DNA of 43,318 nucleotides from Fontimonas sp. (GTDB lineage Bacteria; Pseudomonadota; Gammaproteobacteria; Nevskiales; Nevskiaceae): NCBI GenBank assembly GCA_041592255.1, contig JBFHQK010000001.1, positions 1 to 43,318 of the forward strand, read 5' to 3'. Shown piece by piece: positions 38,037 to 43,318 of this stretch (position 1 is its first letter; each line of letters starts with the position of its first letter). The notes under the pieces were generated by a model. It saw only the letters and a program-made list of their open reading frames with translations, ran no database searches and was not told where the DNA came from. The position numbers and the translations under genes were made by a program.

Positions 38037-39244
38037 TGCGGTCTCCGCGCGGCCGCTGGCGTGTAGCCGCCAAAGCCCAGGTTCTGCCACAGCACCGCCT
38101 CGCGCACCGGCGGCGCGAGGTCCAGCGCCAGCAGCCCCAGATGCCGCAGGCCGCGCAGTCCCGGCACGCGGTTGGAGAACAGGCGCACCAGGCGGTCGGT
38201 GAACTCGGCCACGCGCGACCGATCGTCGCTGCGCAGTGCGGCATAGCGCTCGAGCACCTCTGCGGCGCCCGCATCGCCCTGATGCGCCGCGAGCAGCTCG
38301 CTCAGGGTCGCGGCGTCGCGCAGCCCGAGGTTGAAGCCCTGCGCCGCCACCGGATGCAGCGATTGTGCGGCGTTGCCGACGAACACCACCCGCGGCGCCG
38401 TCAGTCGCTCACTCATCACCCGCACCAGCGGATAGGCCTGCCGCTGCCCGAGCGTGCTGAAACGACCCAGGCGCTCGCCGAATGTCTCCTGCGCGTGCCC
38501 GATGAAGGTTTCGTCGCTCCAGTTCAGGCGCGTCTCGACCTGCTCGGTCGGCGTGGTCCACACCAGCGAACACAGGTTCTCGGCGGCCTCCCAGGGCTTG
38601 GGCAGCAGGGCGATCGGCCCCTCCGGCGTGAAGCGCTCGTAGGCGCAGCCCCGGTGCGGGCGTGCGCTGCGCACCGCCGTGACGATCGCCGATTGCCCGT
38701 AGTCGCGCCGCTCGGCCGCAAGGCCGAGCCACGCGCGCAGCGGCGAATTCATGCCGTCAGCCGCCACCACCAGGCGCGCATCCAGCTGCGCACCGTCCTC
38801 GAGATGCAGCGTGACGCCATCGGCGCCGCCGTCGATGCCACTCAGGCGCGCCGGCGTGATGATGGTGCAGCGGCCGCGGCTGACGACGCGCTGCCACAGC
38901 GCCTCGCCGATGCGGCGGATCGGGATGTTGTAGCCCAGCGCCTCGAGTCCGGCCTCCTGCGCCGAAAAGCGCGCCACGCCGAAGCGCTGCTGCTCGGAGA
39001 TATGGGTCGACAGGATCGGCGCCGCGGTGCGCGCCAGCTCGGGCCAGACGCCGAGTGCGCGCAGGATGCGGTGACTGGCTTCATTGAGCGCGATACAGCG
39101 CTCGTCCCAAGTCGCCGGCGCGGCGGCGGGCGGCGCGGGCTCGATCAGCGCCACGCGCAGCGGCGTATCGGCAAGGCCCAGCGCGACGCTGGCGCCGACC
39201 AGGCCGCCGCCCACAATCACCACGTCAAAACGTGTGCGTTCCAC
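38033..39244 (-). CDS. ubiH: 2-octaprenyl-6-methoxyphenol hydroxylase
   Basis: IVGGGLVG, THISEQQRFG, AYERFTPEGPIALLP, GNAAQSLHPVAAQGFNLGLRD; follows pepP. GTG start at 39244 chosen. Confidence 0.9.
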   Translation of the reverse strand: MERTRFDVVIVGGGLVGASVALGLADTPLRVALIEPAPPAAAPATWDERCIALNEASHRILRALGVWPELARTAAPILSTHISEQQRFGVARFSAQEAGLEALGYNIPIRRIGEALWQRVVSRGRCTIITPARLSGIDGGADGVTLHLEDGAQLDARLVVAADGMNSPLRAWLGLAAERRDYGQSAIVTAVRSARPHRGCAYERFTPEGPIALLPKPWEAAENLCSLVWTTPTEQVETRLNWSDETFIGHAQETFGERLGRFSTLGQRQAYPLVRVMSERLTAPRVVFVGNAAQSLHPVAAQGFNLGLRDAATLSELLAAHQGDAGAAEVLERYAALRSDDRSRVAEFTDRLVRLFSNRVPGLRGLRHLGLLALDLAPPVREAVLWQNLGFGGYTPAAARRPQ

Positions 39245-39267
39245 TTCAGATCGGTTCCGCAAGACGC

Positions 39268-40611
39268 TCAGGCCATCAGCCGTTCGATCTCGCGCACCGA
39301 CTTGGGCACGCCGCCGGTCAGCACTTCAGGCCCCTGCGCCGTGACGACGACGTCATCCTCGATGCGCACGCCGATGCCCCAGTACTGCTCCGGCACCCCG
39401 GTGGTTCCCGGGGCGATGTACAGGCCCGGCTCGACCGTCATCACCATCCCGGTTTCGAACGGCCGCGGTTTGCCGTCGAGCTTGTAGCGGCCGACATCAT
39501 GCACGTCCATGCCGAGCCAATGCCCGGTGCCATGCATGAAGAACTGCCGGTGCTTGCCGGCCTTGATCAGTTCCGCCGGCTTGCCCTTGAGCAGCCCCAG
39601 CTCGACCATGCCCTCGGTCAGTACCCGGGTCGCCACCTCGTGCGGGCGCGCCGACGAGTTGCCGGGGCGCAGCTCCTTGATCGCTCGCTGGTTGGCCTCG
39701 AGCACCACCTCGTAGACCGCCTGCTGCGGCTTGCTGAACTTGCCGTTCACCGGAAACGTGCGCGTGATGTCGGCGGTGTAACCGGCCAGCTCGCCGCCGG
39801 CGTCGATCAGCAGCAGGTCGCCGTCGCGCAGCTCGGCGCTGTTCTCGACGTAATGCAGGATGCAGGCATTGGCACCGCCGCCGATGATCGAGCCGTAACC
39901 GCACTCCATATCGTGACGCGCAAAGTGGTGATGCAGCTCGGCGCCGACCTGCCATTCGTACAGGCCCGCCCGCGCGGTCCGCATCGCGATGCAGTGCGCC
40001 TCCGCGCTGATCTGGCAGGCGCTGCGCATCAGATCCAGCTCGGACGCCGACTTGCGCAGCCGCATCTCGTGCAGCGTCGTTTCCAGCGCGACGAACTCGA
40101 CTGGCGCCGCGGCGCCACGTCGCGACACCTCGCGGATCTCGCGCACGCACGCGGTGAGCTTGCCGTCCCACTCGGCGTGCTCCCCCAGCGTGTAGTGCAC
40201 CTGCGTGCGACCGCCCAGCAACTTCGGCAACTCGTCATCGAACGCCGACAGCGGGAACGCGGCGTCGGCGCCGTAATCGCGCAGCGCCCCCTCCGGGCCG
40301 GCGCGACGACCATCCCAGATTTCGCGCTCCGGATTGCGCTCGCGCACGAACAGGATGAATTCGGCCTTCTTGCCGGCGTGCTTGTGCCCAGGCGCGAGCA
40401 CGGCGATGGCATCCGGCTCCGGAAAGCCGGTGAGATAGCGAAAATCGCTGTCCTGGCGGAAGCGATAGTGCGTATCGCGGGCGCGGATCACCTCGCGCGC
40501 CGCCGGAATGATGGCAATCCCGCCCTTGCCGATCAGCTGCATCAAACGGGCGCGACGTGCCGCGTGCTCCGACTGCGCGCCGGCGGCGCGCGCTTTGCTG
40601 CGAGTCTTCAT
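39268..40611 (-). CDS. pepP: Xaa-Pro aminopeptidase
   Basis: FRQDSDFRYLTGFPEP, ILHY, DAG...DITRTFP, HGTGHWLGMDVHD, TVEPGLY, GVRIEDD. Start re-picked to the ATG at 40611. Confidence 0.96.
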   Translation of the reverse strand: MKTRSKARAAGAQSEHAARRARLMQLIGKGGIAIIPAAREVIRARDTHYRFRQDSDFRYLTGFPEPDAIAVLAPGHKHAGKKAEFILFVRERNPEREIWDGRRAGPEGALRDYGADAAFPLSAFDDELPKLLGGRTQVHYTLGEHAEWDGKLTACVREIREVSRRGAAAPVEFVALETTLHEMRLRKSASELDLMRSACQISAEAHCIAMRTARAGLYEWQVGAELHHHFARHDMECGYGSIIGGGANACILHYVENSAELRDGDLLLIDAGGELAGYTADITRTFPVNGKFSKPQQAVYEVVLEANQRAIKELRPGNSSARPHEVATRVLTEGMVELGLLKGKPAELIKAGKHRQFFMHGTGHWLGMDVHDVGRYKLDGKPRPFETGMVMTVEPGLYIAPGTTGVPEQYWGIGVRIEDDVVVTAQGPEVLTGGVPKSVREIERLMA

Positions 40612-40619
40612 GGGTAGCT

Positions 40620-41192
40620 TCAGTGCAGGTGGGCGGAATTCGATGGGTCCAGCGTCGGGCGCGGATGCAGCTCCATGAACACCAGCTGCGCCCCGACGCG
40701 AACGTATTCGACCAGCTCGGCGTACGCCGTCTCCTCGAGGTTGCTGTCCGTCTCGTCGCCGACGGCCGCCTGGGTCAGCTCGGTGAAATCGCGGATGATC
40801 TCGCGCGCGTCGTCGGAACAGCGCTTGAGATCGAGGCCCGGGCGGCTGGCCAGCCCGAAGAGAAAGCCTTCGCACCAGTTCACCAGTGCGTGCACGCGCG
40901 ACACCAGCGCGGACTCGTCGTCGGGCAGCAGCGGCTGGAAGCCCATGTCCTCGTCGGCCAGCGCCTCCAGCGTCTCGCCGCGCAATCGCTGCAGCGCCTG
41001 CTGCACCTCGCCATCGCGGCGGGCCGGCGCGCGATCGCCGGTGTCGATCAGACTGAAGAGATCGATGTCTTCGGGCGCGCGCACGGCCAACGCCCCGCAC
41101 AGCGCGCCGTGGTACTCGGCCGCGTCGTCGTCGACATAGCCGATGCGCTGCAACGCCGCATTGAGCCCGTCGTAATCGAGTTGTGGTTTCAT
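40620..41192 (-). CDS. UPF0149 family protein (YgfB-like)
   Basis: AEYHGALCG, FQPLLPDDE, WCEGFLFGL, ELVEYVRVG; directly upstream of pepP as for E. coli ygfB. Start re-picked to the ATG at 41192. Confidence 0.9.
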   Translation of the reverse strand: MKPQLDYDGLNAALQRIGYVDDDAAEYHGALCGALAVRAPEDIDLFSLIDTGDRAPARRDGEVQQALQRLRGETLEALADEDMGFQPLLPDDESALVSRVHALVNWCEGFLFGLASRPGLDLKRCSDDAREIIRDFTELTQAAVGDETDSNLEETAYAELVEYVRVGAQLVFMELHPRPTLDPSNSAHLH

Positions 41193-41222
41193 GCGCGGAA
41201 TTATAGGGCCGCGCACCGCGGC

Positions 41223-42644
<1,422 letters not shown>

Positions 42645-42708
42645 GGCGGTTCCCGCATCACGGACACGCCGCCACTATACGCAGCCTGCCCGCCGCCGAG
42701 CGGACAAC

Positions 42709-42731
42709 AAAAAACCGGGCGCTGAGCCCGG
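42709..42731 (-). terminator. Rho-independent terminator of the tRNA gene
   Basis: Minus strand CCGGGC-TCAGC-GCCCGG followed by TTTTTT. Confidence 0.85.
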
Positions 42732-42744
42732 CTTCTTGAATGTC

Positions 42745-42819
42745 TGGTGGACAGTACAGGGATTGAACCTGTGACCCCCGCCGTGTGAAAGCGGTGCTCT
42801 ACCGCTGAGCTAACTGTCC
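42745..42819 (-). tRNA. tRNA-Val (anticodon CAC)
   Basis: GGACAGT TA GCTC AGCGGTA GAGC A CCGCT TT-CAC-AC GGCGG GGGTC ACAGG TTCAATC CCTGT ACTGTCC ACCA: a full 75-nt cloverleaf with encoded CCA. Confidence 0.97.
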
Positions 42820-42836
42820 GTGCGATAGGGGGCGGA

Positions 42837-42865
42837 ATCATAGTGAGCCGGCTCGAGGGCGTCAA
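42837..42865 (-). promoter_or_regulatory. Sigma70 promoter of tRNA-Val
   Basis: TTGACG-17 nt-TATGAT followed by a GC-rich discriminator (TCCGCCCCC). Confidence 0.8.
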
Positions 42866-42939
42866 ACCCGGCGGCCCGCGTTGAGTCGCCGGGGAGGGAC
42901 GGTTAGGCTGCGCGCCTTCGTGATTCCCGGGACCCCCAG

Positions 42940-43318
42940 ATGACTGACGTTCGCCCCCTGATGCATGCGATCCAGAACCGCGACCTGGCCGCGGCCCGCG
43001 CCGCGCTCGCGCGCGACGCATCGCAGGCCACCGAGCCGCTGCCGGGCGGGCTGTCGCCATTGATGTTTGCCCTGTACAACGGCGCCGCGGAGATCGCCGA
43101 GCTGCTCAAGCCCTTGCGGCCGCTGGACATCTTCGAAGCCGCCGCCAGCGACGACGCAGGCCGGGTGGCCGAACTCGCCGCCGCCGATCCCGACGTGCTC
43201 CGCGGCCACAGCGTCGATGGCTGGACACCGCTGCACCTGGCAGCGTTTCTGGGCGCCCGCCACGCCCTACTGGTGCTGATCGGCCTGGGCGCGCCGCTGG
43301 ATGCGGTATCGCAGAACC
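42940..43318 (+). CDS. Ankyrin-repeat protein, 5' part (runs off the window edge)
   Basis: Absent from the ORF track; translated by hand: MTDVRPLMHAIQNRD...GLSPLMFALYNG..EIAELL...LDIFEAAA...DGWTPLHLAAFLG...GAPLDAVSQN. Confidence 0.88.
   Translation, partial: MTDVRPLMHAIQNRDLAAARAALARDASQATEPLPGGLSPLMFALYNGAAEIAELLKPLRPLDIFEAAASDDAGRVAELAAADPDVLRGHSVDGWTPLHLAAFLGARHALLVLIGLGAPLDAVSQN

Noticed and set aside
42745-42770. tRNA-Val 3' end as an integration site (att)
   Set aside because: I saw no duplicate of the tRNA 3' sequence and no integrase in the window, and the native terminator follows directly.
42866-42939. Hairpin CCCGGCGGC/GTCGCCGGG as 6S RNA or another sRNA
   Set aside because: Too short for 6S, and it coincides with divergent promoter elements for the tRNA and the ankyrin gene.

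Overview
A GC-rich (roughly 70%) gammaproteobacterial chromosomal segment with no integrase, transposase or CRISPR array. From left to right it holds: the 5' part of an AidB-like acyl-CoA dehydrogenase coupled to an MMPL/RND exporter; a complete Tad/Flp (type IVc) pilus locus (flp-cpaA-cpaB-secretin-lipoprotein-cpaE-tadA-tadB-tadC-tadD on the minus strand, with divergent tadE/tadE/tadG-vWA); a lipid and envelope group (GPI-PLD-like Zn phospholipase with an Ig domain, repeat lipoprotein, acyl-CoA-binding protein, single-POTRA Omp85); folA-thyA, GNAT, tautomerase, lgt, DUF3147-like, rlmI, PfkB kinase and dgkA; a glycine-cleavage operon gcvT-H-PA-tpx-PB behind a tandem glycine riboswitch; a two-partner secretion locus tpsB-tpsA plus a stand-alone secreted FecR-domain gene; ubiI-like/ubiH/pepP/UPF0149; an aldehyde dehydrogenase; tRNA-Val(CAC); and a partial ankyrin-repeat gene. 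The best candidate for an undescribed system is the tpsB-tpsA-FecR cassette. There the adhesin and the FecR-domain protein each end in an apparently unpaired penultimate Cys, and the FecR protein keeps the G|T autoproteolysis motif. Several start codons were re-picked by eye, and all family calls come from motif recognition, not database searches.
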